Part shown: positions 8,332 to 15,820 of the stretch, piece by piece
Position numbering within the stretch: position 1 is the first letter of the stretch
How the letters are laid out: every line of letters begins with the position of its first letter
Virus record (IMG/VR): IMGVR_UViG_3300045988_075804
DNA: 54,913 bases
DNA from: a virus
Reading direction: 5' to 3' (one strand)
Program-made: the position numbers and the translations under genes
The notes under the pieces: generated by a model
Database searches by the model: none
The model's input: only the letters and a program-made list of their open reading frames with translations
What the model was told of the DNA's origin: nothing

Positions 8332-8361
8332 AAAATCCTGCCCCCTAGTGGGGCAGATTTT
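8332..8361 (+). other. GC-core hairpin downstream of VR2 (DGR target-recognition-type stem-loop)
   Basis: Core ctgcccc (8338-8344) pairs with ggggcag (8350-8356) around loop ctagt. An AAAAT/ATTTT extension flanks it. Same geometry as 44688-44722. Confidence 0.65.
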
Positions 8362-8377
8362 CTATCAGGAGGTTAGT

Positions 8378-8986
8378 ATGGAATTATACAGAGGAAAATC
8401 AAAAAAGACGGGTTCCTGGATCATTGGAACGGTTGTTTGCATGGGAAACAGGGCTTTTGCCCTGGTTTCTCCGAATCTGGAGCCGGAGAGACCGGCGTAC
8501 AATGGCATGGCGATGGGGTGCGGTCTGGAGGATAAAGGACTGACGGAAAAAGCCTATCTCGCCATGGAATACGGCTGGGAGGAGGCTTTGGAGCGGTACG
8601 AGGAAGATTTCCCTATCTGGGAAGAATTAGAGCCGGAAACGGTCACCAGATGCTGTGACAGGCACGATATACCGGGGAACGTTCTGTTTGAGGGCGATGT
8701 GTACCGGAATCCGGACAATCTGTTGTTCGAGATTTGCTACGGGAAGTATATGGCATTTTGCCCGGCAGATAAGGCATGGATGGAAAGTGTCGGCTTCTTT
8801 GCAGTCTCTAGGGATGTAGAGGAACTTTACCAGGTAAAAGAACCTATGCCGCTGGGTACTACAGAGGATTACGCTTACCTGGTGGGGAATGTGTTTGATA
8901 ATCCGGAACTTTCCCAAGCTCACAAAGAAGCGGATTCGGGAGCGGCAAAGGGAGCAGCACAGCCCGTACTCATGCCGGCAACATAA
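8378..8986 (+). CDS. YopX-like protein
   Basis: ATG 8378 lies after GGAGGTTAGT. The C-terminal VGNVFDNPEL resembles the GNI(Y/H)ENPEL end of the YopX family. Confidence 0.5.
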   Translation: MELYRGKSKKTGSWIIGTVVCMGNRAFALVSPNLEPERPAYNGMAMGCGLEDKGLTEKAYLAMEYGWEEALERYEEDFPIWEELEPETVTRCCDRHDIPGNVLFEGDVYRNPDNLLFEICYGKYMAFCPADKAWMESVGFFAVSRDVEELYQVKEPMPLGTTEDYAYLVGNVFDNPELSQAHKEADSGAAKGAAQPVLMPAT

Positions 8987-9014
8987 AATCTTGCTATGCA
9001 AAAATAGGTTTGCA

Positions 9015-9023
9015 TGGTATAAT
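9015..9023 (+). promoter_or_regulatory. Extended -10 promoter (TGgTATAAT) for the lipoprotein gene
   Basis: TGG TATAAT at 9015-9023, about 33 nt upstream of ATG 9056. The -35 is weak. Confidence 0.45.
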
Positions 9024-9055
9024 CAACGAAAAACACGAAGCGGAGGAAATGAAGT

Positions 9056-9643
9056 ATGAAAAAAGTGGTTGTATGGTTAATGGTGGCTATGATGGCAGTA
9101 TCTGTTTGCGGATGCGGTTTCAGTGATGGTGTGAAAGATGGCATGGAGGCAGCGGCCAACAAAGAAACAGAGACAGAGGGAGCGACTGAGGAGCAGACCG
9201 AAGCAGAGGAGACCGAAGTTAAGGAACCTGAGAGCGTTCCGGAAACAGAAGCTGAATCGGAGGAGGAAACACCGGGAGTAAGCGTGGGACCGGAAAAGGC
9301 AGAGACCGCTCAGGTTGAGAGTATCAATGTTCTTATGACCGCACCGGTAACGGAGCATGAAGAAAAGAACGATACAAAGTGGGCTGAGGTTGTCGTGGAT
9401 AAAGAGCTTCTGAAAGCTACCACGAATGAAGAATTTGCTGAGTTCTGCAACAAGGTTGTAAAAGATTCCGGTTACAACTGGGTAACAATCTCATGCGGAG
9501 ACGGTACCGGCATCCAGTTCCAGGGTTCTCTTTCATACCTGGCTACGTATGGAACGATTGACACGGACGGTTGTATCGAGGAAGCTGCCGGCACGATTGT
9601 TCTCCAGGAGGACGGTACTTACAAATATTCTGAGAATGAGTAA
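9056..9643 (+). CDS. Secreted acidic lipoprotein (moron-like)
   Basis: MKKVVVWLMVAMMAVSVCGCG is a signal peptide with a lipobox-like Cys. It is followed by a Glu/Thr-rich linker. The gene has its own promoter. Confidence 0.65.
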   Translation: MKKVVVWLMVAMMAVSVCGCGFSDGVKDGMEAAANKETETEGATEEQTEAEETEVKEPESVPETEAESEEETPGVSVGPEKAETAQVESINVLMTAPVTEHEEKNDTKWAEVVVDKELLKATTNEEFAEFCNKVVKDSGYNWVTISCGDGTGIQFQGSLSYLATYGTIDTDGCIEEAAGTIVLQEDGTYKYSENE

Positions 9644-9777
9644 CCCATGTGGTACCGGATGTTGTTTACATTTGTAACATTATGGTTACAATCTTTCAAT
9701 ATCCGGGATGCCATGTTTATACAATGACACCGGAATGTTACAAACGTAAACTTTATAAAAAATCAGCAAAATAAGGT

Positions 9778-9806
9778 TTGACACAAGGTTTTCTGTACGC
9801 TAAAGT
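9778..9806 (+). promoter_or_regulatory. Promoter TTGACA-17-TAAAGT without the dyad operator
   Basis: TTGACA 9778-9783, TACGCTAAAGT ending at 9806. The spacer caaggttttctgtacgc lacks CGCACCATxGTACG. Confidence 0.55.
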
Positions 9807-9836
9807 TAAGTTATCAAAAGGAAAGGAGCTACGGAA

Positions 9837-10088
9837 ATGCCTGAAATATCAACGTTCTACGGTATCACAATTCGGATGTTCAATAAAGACCATCAGCCGC
9901 CACATTTCCACGCAGAATACGGCGGAAAGATGGAATCAATCGACATCAGAACAGGACGGGTACTTGTAGGTAATCTTCCCAAAAGAGCCCATAAGATGGC
10001 TATGGAATGGTGGGAGATACACCGAGACGAACTGTTGGAAATGTGGGAAACCAAACAACTAAACAAAAAGCTGCCTCCCCTCGAATAG
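9837..10088 (+). CDS. DUF4160 family protein
   Basis: MPEISTFYGITIRMFNKDHQPPHFHAEYGG... is the hallmark N-terminus of DUF4160. Confidence 0.75.
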   Translation: MPEISTFYGITIRMFNKDHQPPHFHAEYGGKMESIDIRTGRVLVGNLPKRAHKMAMEWWEIHRDELLEMWETKQLNKKLPPLE

Positions 10089-10125
10089 AGGGGCTGGTAG
10101 CCACAGCATAGATGGAGGTGGTATT

Positions 10126-10374
10126 GTGGATGGCGTACTGAAAAGAGTAACACCGCTGGAAGATTTCATACTGGAGGCAGAGTTCACGGGTGGAGTGGTA
10201 AAGCGGTACGATGTAAAACCTCTGTTTGATGAAATCCCGGAGTTTGAGAAAATGAGAGACAATCCAGAACTGTTCTGCAGAGCGGAAGTAAGCTGTTGCG
10301 GCTACGGCGTAGTCTGGGATGATACGCTGGATCTGGCAAGTGAGGAACTGTGGGATAATGGCATAACCGTATAG
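10126..10374 (+). CDS. DUF2442 family protein
   Basis: GTG after GGAGGTGG. The V.P..DF.L...F..G......D..P and W.D...DL..E.LW pattern matches DUF2442. It is the classic partner of DUF4160. Confidence 0.65.
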   Translation: MDGVLKRVTPLEDFILEAEFTGGVVKRYDVKPLFDEIPEFEKMRDNPELFCRAEVSCCGYGVVWDDTLDLASEELWDNGITV

Positions 10375-10383
10375 CGATAAAGA

Positions 10384-10418
10384 AACCGGCAAGAGCGAAA
10401 TGTTCCTGCCGGTTTTTT
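10384..10418. terminator. Bidirectional terminator or inverted repeat between the convergent DUF2442 and integrase genes
   Basis: aaccggca (10384-10391) pairs with tgccggtt (10407-10414), then TTTTTT. Confidence 0.55.
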
Positions 10419-10438
10419 GCTGCCGGAATTTACGCCGG

Positions 10439-12184
10439 TCACGATTTGTATTTGAATTTGTGGGTCAGACCGTTCCGGAACACGATGGAGGACACACGCC
10501 CGTCCACGAGCAGCACGGAATCCAGGACGGTTTCCATGTATGCTTTCAGAATTTCCGGGGAAACGTTCTGAGCCAGGTTTTTGAAATATATGTATTGCCT
10601 GTTTTGCAGCTCCCTGGAGATTAACAGGTGGCTTGCCTGGCGGACAAATTCCTCGTCCGATAGAGAGGGTTCACTGTTTTTGGCAACCATACCCAGCATG
10701 GCGTTGATCTCCTCCAGGCGTTTTGAAATTTCCGTTTTCCGGATGATGAAATCTTTTTCCGACATAGAGGTATCAGAGTACAGATAGAGGTCCTGGAGCC
10801 TTTTCATGGCACGTTCCTGTTTTTCTTTCTCTTTCCTCAGAGTCTCCACCTCCGGGTCAACCTCAGCTTTTTTCTTCCGGGACTTCTTGACGGAAAAGGT
10901 ATAGGAATCATCAGAGCCGTACCTGGAAAGAAGATTGAAATATTCATTCAGACCGTTGCCGTCTATATGTTCAACCTCTGAAAAGGTGTTCCCGTATAGG
11001 AGACAGCGTTCCAGGTCCTCCGGATTCTCGATCGTGGAGAACCTTTTCTTTGCTCTGAGCATATTAAGAATATAGTTTATGACAAATTCCCCTACCTGAG
11101 TATCTGACACAGTTGGGTTATCACATTCTTTGGTCTTTCGGTGCTTCGGACAGCTGTAATTTGTTGGACGATAACCGTTCGCATGAAGTCTGCCGGGGGT
11201 AGAAACCATCTTGCTTCCACATTTTCCACAGTAAGCAATGCCTCCGAAAATATGCACACGTTCGGTCTGGTGTTTCTGACCTACAGACCTATGGTTGCGT
11301 GAGTTCTCGTCCAGTATGGCCAGCATTTTCTCATGTTCCTCCAGGGAAAAGATTGCCGGGTGGTGGTTCTGGATCATAATCCATTCGTCCTCCGGATTTT
11401 CGACACGCCGCTCCGTTCCTTTATACCGGTTGTAACGGTATATACCGGCATAGAAAGGACTGGAGATAATGATCCAGACAGCAGTGGGAGACCATTCGGC
11501 ACCGGCTCTTGTTTTGTAACCGGAAGCATTGAGCATCCGGGAAGTGTGTACGAGCGACTTATGCTCCATGTAGTCATTCTTTATCATTTGGCAGACCTTT
11601 TCCTCGTCCTCCCGGATGGAAAACGCTGTTTTATCCGGATCATAATCATACCCGAAAGGGATGCGGCCGCCGTTCCACAGCCCACTGTTTGCCCTGGAGA
11701 TCATAGTGGCTGTGACACGCTCAGAGGTCATGTTACGTTCAAGTTCTGCAAATACCAGGATGATTTTCAACATGGCTTCCCCAATAGCGGTCGAAGTGTC
11801 AAACTGTTCGTTCTTGCTGACAAAAGTAACCCGGAGTTCCTGCAATTCCTCGTACATTTCCGCAAAGTCCAGAAGATTTCTGGAGATACGGTCTATCTTC
11901 CAGACGAGTACATGGGTAAATTCTCCCTTGCGGATCCTCTGCATCATTTCCTGAAAAGCCGGACGGTCGGTGTTCTTTCCAGAGTAGCCGGCATCCTCGA
12001 ATATCTCGTATTCCTCTATACCTAGAATCAGGCTGGCGTATGCGATCAGGTCTTTCCTCTGCATCGGCAGAGAATCACGGTCCACCTGGTACAGCGTTGA
12101 TACCCTGATATAGATTGCTACTTTTTGCTTTCTGGAAAGTCCGGATTTGGCTTTTCCAGGTCTTTTGTTCGTTGTCCTACTCAT
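10439..12184 (-). CDS. int: Large serine recombinase (integrase)
   Basis: N-terminal resolvase motif VAIYIRVSTLYQ...DSLPMQ. Recombinase domain, Zn ribbon (CGKCGSKM...CPKHRKTKEC) and a C-terminal coiled coil. 581 aa. Confidence 0.9.
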   Translation of the reverse strand: MSRTTNKRPGKAKSGLSRKQKVAIYIRVSTLYQVDRDSLPMQRKDLIAYASLILGIEEYEIFEDAGYSGKNTDRPAFQEMMQRIRKGEFTHVLVWKIDRISRNLLDFAEMYEELQELRVTFVSKNEQFDTSTAIGEAMLKIILVFAELERNMTSERVTATMISRANSGLWNGGRIPFGYDYDPDKTAFSIREDEEKVCQMIKNDYMEHKSLVHTSRMLNASGYKTRAGAEWSPTAVWIIISSPFYAGIYRYNRYKGTERRVENPEDEWIMIQNHHPAIFSLEEHEKMLAILDENSRNHRSVGQKHQTERVHIFGGIAYCGKCGSKMVSTPGRLHANGYRPTNYSCPKHRKTKECDNPTVSDTQVGEFVINYILNMLRAKKRFSTIENPEDLERCLLYGNTFSEVEHIDGNGLNEYFNLLSRYGSDDSYTFSVKKSRKKKAEVDPEVETLRKEKEKQERAMKRLQDLYLYSDTSMSEKDFIIRKTEISKRLEEINAMLGMVAKNSEPSLSDEEFVRQASHLLISRELQNRQYIYFKNLAQNVSPEILKAYMETVLDSVLLVDGRVSSIVFRNGLTHKFKYKS

Positions 12185-12209
12185 ATATTCCCTCCAACAG
12201 AAAAAGCCC

Positions 12210-12392
12210 CTATTCGGGGCTAATCTTATCTACCTGAGCAGCATATTTGTTTAGAGCCGCCCATACCACATTTCTATCTTCCCGACTGGCTACTTGGTAG
12301 CACATCAGGAGACGTTGCAATTCAAAGACAAAGGTTTCCGGATCCTCGTCTCTTTTCAATAGCAGCTCTATTACGGGCTTATTGCTCTCCAT
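12210..12392 (-). CDS. Hypothetical small protein (60 aa) between the integrase and the repressor
   Basis: Track ORF trimmed to the ATG that follows GGAGGTGTGTTT on the minus strand. Confidence 0.45.
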   Translation of the reverse strand: MESNKPVIELLLKRDEDPETFVFELQRLLMCYQVASREDRNVVWAALNKYAAQVDKISPE

Positions 12393-12458
12393 AAACACAC
12401 CTCCGTCATTTCTGTATTTTCTTGTTATTCCTGAACCATTCAAAATATTCGTTGGTTA

Positions 12459-12800
12459 TTATCCCCTTTTACGGTCGGCATATTTCTCCGGGACTACCAT
12501 GTGGGTACGGAGGAAATCTTTGCACATTTTCTGCTTTTCCTCCGGAATATGGGCGATGATGTCCAGCCATTCTCTGTCTGAATCAGACAACGCACTATCA
12601 GAAGCCGGCCCATCGAGTGTAATCAGATAATCCAGAGATACGTTGAGCTTCCTGGCAATAGCTAAGCACATTTCGATATTGGGAACAGAGCCGTTTTTCC
12701 ACTTGCTGACGTTCCCGGAACTGAAACCAAGCTCTTTCAAAACGGTAGTGGGTGTTGTCCCTTTATCGTTGCATATTTTGTAAATGTTGTCGTAAAACAT
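12459..12800 (-). CDS. CI-like XRE-family repressor (HTH only, no S24 peptidase domain)
   Basis: ATG 12800 lies after GGAGGTGCGT on the minus strand. TTVLKELGFSSGNVSKWKNG is an HTH. The gene is divergent from the Cro-like gene. Confidence 0.75.
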   Translation of the reverse strand: MFYDNIYKICNDKGTTPTTVLKELGFSSGNVSKWKNGSVPNIEMCLAIARKLNVSLDYLITLDGPASDSALSDSDREWLDIIAHIPEEKQKMCKDFLRTHMVVPEKYADRKRG

Positions 12801-12842
12801 ACGCACCTCCAAAAAAATAACGCACCAAAAGAAAAATTCTGC

Positions 12843-12872
12843 TTGACAGAACGCACCATAGTACGCTAAAGT
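12843..12872 (+). promoter_or_regulatory. Rightward early promoter (PR-like) TTGACA-18-TAAAGT with dyad operator CGCACCATAGTACG
   Basis: TTGACA 12843-12848, dyad 12852-12865, TAAAGT 12867-12872. Extra AACGCAC half-site-like words lie at 12819 and 12897. Confidence 0.6.
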
Positions 12873-12929
12873 AAAAAATGTAAAATGAATTTGAGAACGA
12901 AAAACAAACGCAAAAACATAATCTCTTTC

Positions 12930-12958
12930 ATTTTAATCGAAAACCGCACAAATGTAAA
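12930..12958 (-). promoter_or_regulatory. Candidate leftward promoter for the repressor (TTTACA-17-TAAAAT on the minus strand)
   Basis: Reverse complement of 12953-12958 is TTTACA. Reverse complement of 12930-12935 is TAAAAT. Spacer is 17 nt. It faces the PR-like promoter. Confidence 0.4.
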
Positions 12959-12976
12959 GAAAAGGAGGGTATCTGG

Positions 12977-13177
12977 ATGGCAAAAAAGTTGTCTCCCTGG
13001 TGTAAGGAAGCAAAAAAGAAGATGATCGACATGGATTTAGAGGTCAACGAACTGGCAAGCAGCCTCGGATTGACCAGACCATACGTTTCTTCGGTCCTTA
13101 ATGGCAGGGTATACAGCCCAGTTGCCGTAAAAAAGATTAGTGACTATCTGCAAATACCGGATGCAGATAGCGAATAA
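12977..13177 (+). CDS. Cro-like small HTH protein
   Basis: ATG after AAGGAGGGTATCTGG. 66 aa. NELASSLGLTRPYVSSVLNG is an HTH. First gene of the rightward operon. Confidence 0.65.
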   Translation: MAKKLSPWCKEAKKKMIDMDLEVNELASSLGLTRPYVSSVLNGRVYSPVAVKKISDYLQIPDADSE

Positions 13178-13218
13178 CAAGTCTAAGGATATTATACGGT
13201 AACGGAGGTTTAGGGAAC

Positions 13219-13713
13219 ATGGAGAGTAACTGTACAAACTGTAATGAAAACGTTTACTTCGCCTGTAGGAAAAAGGCGGCATCGTACAACGAAAAACTGA
13301 ATAGTAGGGAAAGTGCTGCGGAGCTTTTAGGGATTTCCCCGTCCACACTGGCAAACCATGAGTTGGGGATAACCAAGAGCGTACCGGTTGATACGGTGGT
13401 TATGATGGCTGACCTTTACAAAGCTCCGGAACTGAAGAACATGTATTGCAAGAAAGAATGTCCTATAGGAAAAGGCTTACCGGTATCAACCAACATAGAC
13501 AGTCTGCAAGGAATCACGGTGCGGCTTCTGAACGGGCTGGATGATGAAGAAATCCACGCAATGAAAAAGAGGCTTATTTCCATAGCGGCGGATGGAAATA
13601 TTGATGCCGAGGAAAGAAAAGACCTGGATGCAATACTTGAATCGTTGGACAACCTGGCAAAGACAATATCAGAGCTTAGGATGCTTGCAGAAAAATTCAC
13701 AGAAAGGGGGTAA
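13219..13713 (+). CDS. XRE-family HTH protein with a C-terminal helical extension
   Basis: RESAAELLGISPSTLANHELG is an HTH. ATG after ACGGAGGTTTAGGGAAC. Confidence 0.65.
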   Translation: MESNCTNCNENVYFACRKKAASYNEKLNSRESAAELLGISPSTLANHELGITKSVPVDTVVMMADLYKAPELKNMYCKKECPIGKGLPVSTNIDSLQGITVRLLNGLDDEEIHAMKKRLISIAADGNIDAEERKDLDAILESLDNLAKTISELRMLAEKFTERG

Positions 13714-13718
13714 CGGTT

Positions 13719-13871
13719 ATGGAGCTTATTGACAGACTGAGGGAGGTTATGAAAAAAGAATTTGGCATTGAAACAGATGCCGACCTGTTAGAAGCGGTTA
13801 AGAACCAGCCGGAGCTTGATCTGGGAATTTTCGTTACTCCGCTGAAAGTAGGTGTTGATAATGCTTCGTAA
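13719..13871 (+). CDS. Hypothetical small protein (50 aa, MELIDRLREVMKKEFG...)
   Basis: Not in the track. ATG 13719 follows AGGGGGTAACGGTT. It fills the gap and its stop overlaps the next start. Confidence 0.4.
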   Translation: MELIDRLREVMKKEFGIETDADLLEAVKNQPELDLGIFVTPLKVGVDNAS

Positions 13872-14436
13872 AGGAACACTGAAAATTCTGGCGGTTGAGG
13901 CTTCCATGATATTTCTGGCAATTACCGTAAAAGGAATAACTGCCGAGAATGAAACGGCACACGCTCAAAGGATAGTTGTTATTTCGGAAAACACAATAGC
14001 AACCGATACCAAGGAACCGGCCACACCGGAAACAATCACAGCGGATGAAACAGACAGCCTTATTTATAGCCGGGACTGGGATGCAGACGAGGAAGAAATT
14101 CTCCTGAAAGTCGCTATGGCGGAAGCAGAGGGAGAAAGCACAGAGGGGAAAGCTCTTGTAATGCTGGTGGTACTCAACCGTGTATTGAGCAATGATTTCC
14201 CGGACAGTATCGAGGATGTTGTTTTCCAGGAAAGTCAATTTTCGGTAACTATGGACGGCGGAAGATACTACACCACAACGCCGAATGAAGATTGTTATGA
14301 GGCACTGGAGCTTGTGAAATATGGCTGGGATGAAAGCCAGGGAGCATTGTTCTTTGAGAGTTGCGACCGGGCAAGCTGGCATAGTAGAAATCTGGAATTT
14401 CTTTACCAGGTGGGGAACCACAGGTTTTACAGATAG
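13861..14436 (+). CDS. Secreted cell-wall hydrolase, SleB/CwlJ-like (Hydrolase_2)
   Basis: N-terminal hydrophobic segment, then EEILLKVAMAEAEGES.EGKALVMLVVLNRV....FPDSI.DVV.Q..QF. Alternative GTG start at 13852. Confidence 0.7.
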   Translation: MLRKGTLKILAVEASMIFLAITVKGITAENETAHAQRIVVISENTIATDTKEPATPETITADETDSLIYSRDWDADEEEILLKVAMAEAEGESTEGKALVMLVVLNRVLSNDFPDSIEDVVFQESQFSVTMDGGRYYTTTPNEDCYEALELVKYGWDESQGALFFESCDRASWHSRNLEFLYQVGNHRFYR

Positions 14437-14446
14437 GAGGCAGGAC

Positions 14447-14635
14447 ATGAAGTGGATCATTAAAAACTGGCTTATACTGGCAGCCGGAATAATCTTGACA
14501 GCACTGGCAGTCAGATACGCTTATCACGAAAGAGGCTACATAGCGGTAGGAAGTGAATGGACGGTTTTACCGTTCATGTTTCTTATCAGGGCATTGTGCC
14601 GGGAGATTAAGGAGGAAGTAAAGCAATGGCTGTAG
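14447..14635 (+). CDS. Small membrane protein (62 aa)
   Basis: ATG 14447 lies after TAGGAGGCAGGAC. It has two hydrophobic stretches. Confidence 0.5.
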   Translation: MKWIIKNWLILAAGIILTALAVRYAYHERGYIAVGSEWTVLPFMFLIRALCREIKEEVKQWL

Positions 14636-14940
14636 AATACCAGGAAATGCGGACAGAGCTGGAGGCGGATGGATTCCGGCTGGATGATGAAGAATACACA
14701 GAGGCTGTGAACTACGCCAGAAGAAAAGCAAAATCTTCCGGAAAAGACGAAAGCTATATGCCCTATCTATTACCGGATGTAATCCGTGAATGGATTACAA
14801 GAAAAGCTATCAACTCCGTTATCCTTGCAGCGATGGAGATAGAAAAAATATTCAGACAGGAGGAAAAAGAGCATGGCACAAGCAACAACGAGAGACTGGC
14901 TGGACGGCATCCAGAAAGGATTGCTACAGCAGCTCACTGA
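14626..14940 (+). CDS. Hypothetical protein (104 aa)
   Basis: ATG after AAGGAGGAAGTAAAGCA. The 3' end overlaps the recT start by 68 nt, so the end is uncertain. Confidence 0.45.
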   Translation: MAVEYQEMRTELEADGFRLDDEEYTEAVNYARRKAKSSGKDESYMPYLLPDVIREWITRKAINSVILAAMEIEKIFRQEEKEHGTSNNERLAGRHPERIATAAH

Positions 14941-15808
14941 AAACAAAGGGGCACTTCCCAAGGGTTTCAACCAGGACAGATTTATCCTGAACAGTATTAC
15001 CGTGATCCGGGATATGCTCCGGGACAGTAAAAAGAAAAAGCAGTTGCAGGAAATTGATTATACGTCAATCCCTATCTGCTTGGCAAAGGGAGCGTTCCTG
15101 GGGCTGGATTTCTTCAATGGGGAATGTTACGCAATCCCGTATGGCGGAGAAATGAAGTTCCAGACGGACTACAAAGGTGAAATCAAACTTTGTAAGAGAT
15201 ACAGCAAGAATGAGATCAAGGACATTTTTGCAAAGGTGGTACGTGAGGGAGATTTCTTCGAGGAATCGGTAGATTCTGGAGTACAGAATGTTATTTACAA
15301 ACCACTCCCGTTCTCCAATAAGCCAATGGTCGGAGCTTTTGCGATTGTGGTATTTAAGGACGGTTCCATGTTGTATGACACCATGGGAAAGGAAGAAATC
15401 GAGAATGTCAGAAATACGTACTCAAAGGCGGCAAACAGCCAGGCGTGGGTAAGTTCCACCGGAGAAATGTACAAGAAAACAGTGCTGAGACGGTTGTGTA
15501 AACTGATTGACCTCGATTTTGACAATATCGAGCAGATGCGAGCATACGAGGACGGCGGCGATGCAGAGTTCAGAAATACGGCACTTCCTGGAAACACGCA
15601 GGCAGCACTTCCGGACAATGGAACACCGGTTGATGTGTTCGCCCAGGTTAGAGATGCACGGGAAAAAGAGCCGGTACCTGCCGGAAATATCCCGGAGAGC
15701 AATCTGGAAGATTTTCGCAAGTTTGAGGAACAGCAGTACGGACAGCCACCCGTAGGGGAAGATTTTATGATACCGGATGATATTGAGGACGAGTTACCGT
15801 TCAGATAG
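14873..15808 (+). CDS. recT: RecT-family single-strand annealing recombinase
   Basis: GECYAIPYGGEMKFQTDYKGEIKL and YKKTVLRRLCK are typical of RecT. Acidic C-terminal tail. Confidence 0.8.
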   Translation: MAQATTRDWLDGIQKGLLQQLTENKGALPKGFNQDRFILNSITVIRDMLRDSKKKKQLQEIDYTSIPICLAKGAFLGLDFFNGECYAIPYGGEMKFQTDYKGEIKLCKRYSKNEIKDIFAKVVREGDFFEESVDSGVQNVIYKPLPFSNKPMVGAFAIVVFKDGSMLYDTMGKEEIENVRNTYSKAANSQAWVSSTGEMYKKTVLRRLCKLIDLDFDNIEQMRAYEDGGDAEFRNTALPGNTQAALPDNGTPVDVFAQVRDAREKEPVPAGNIPESNLEDFRKFEEQQYGQPPVGEDFMIPDDIEDELPFR

Positions 15809-15820
15809 GAGGAAATGAGC

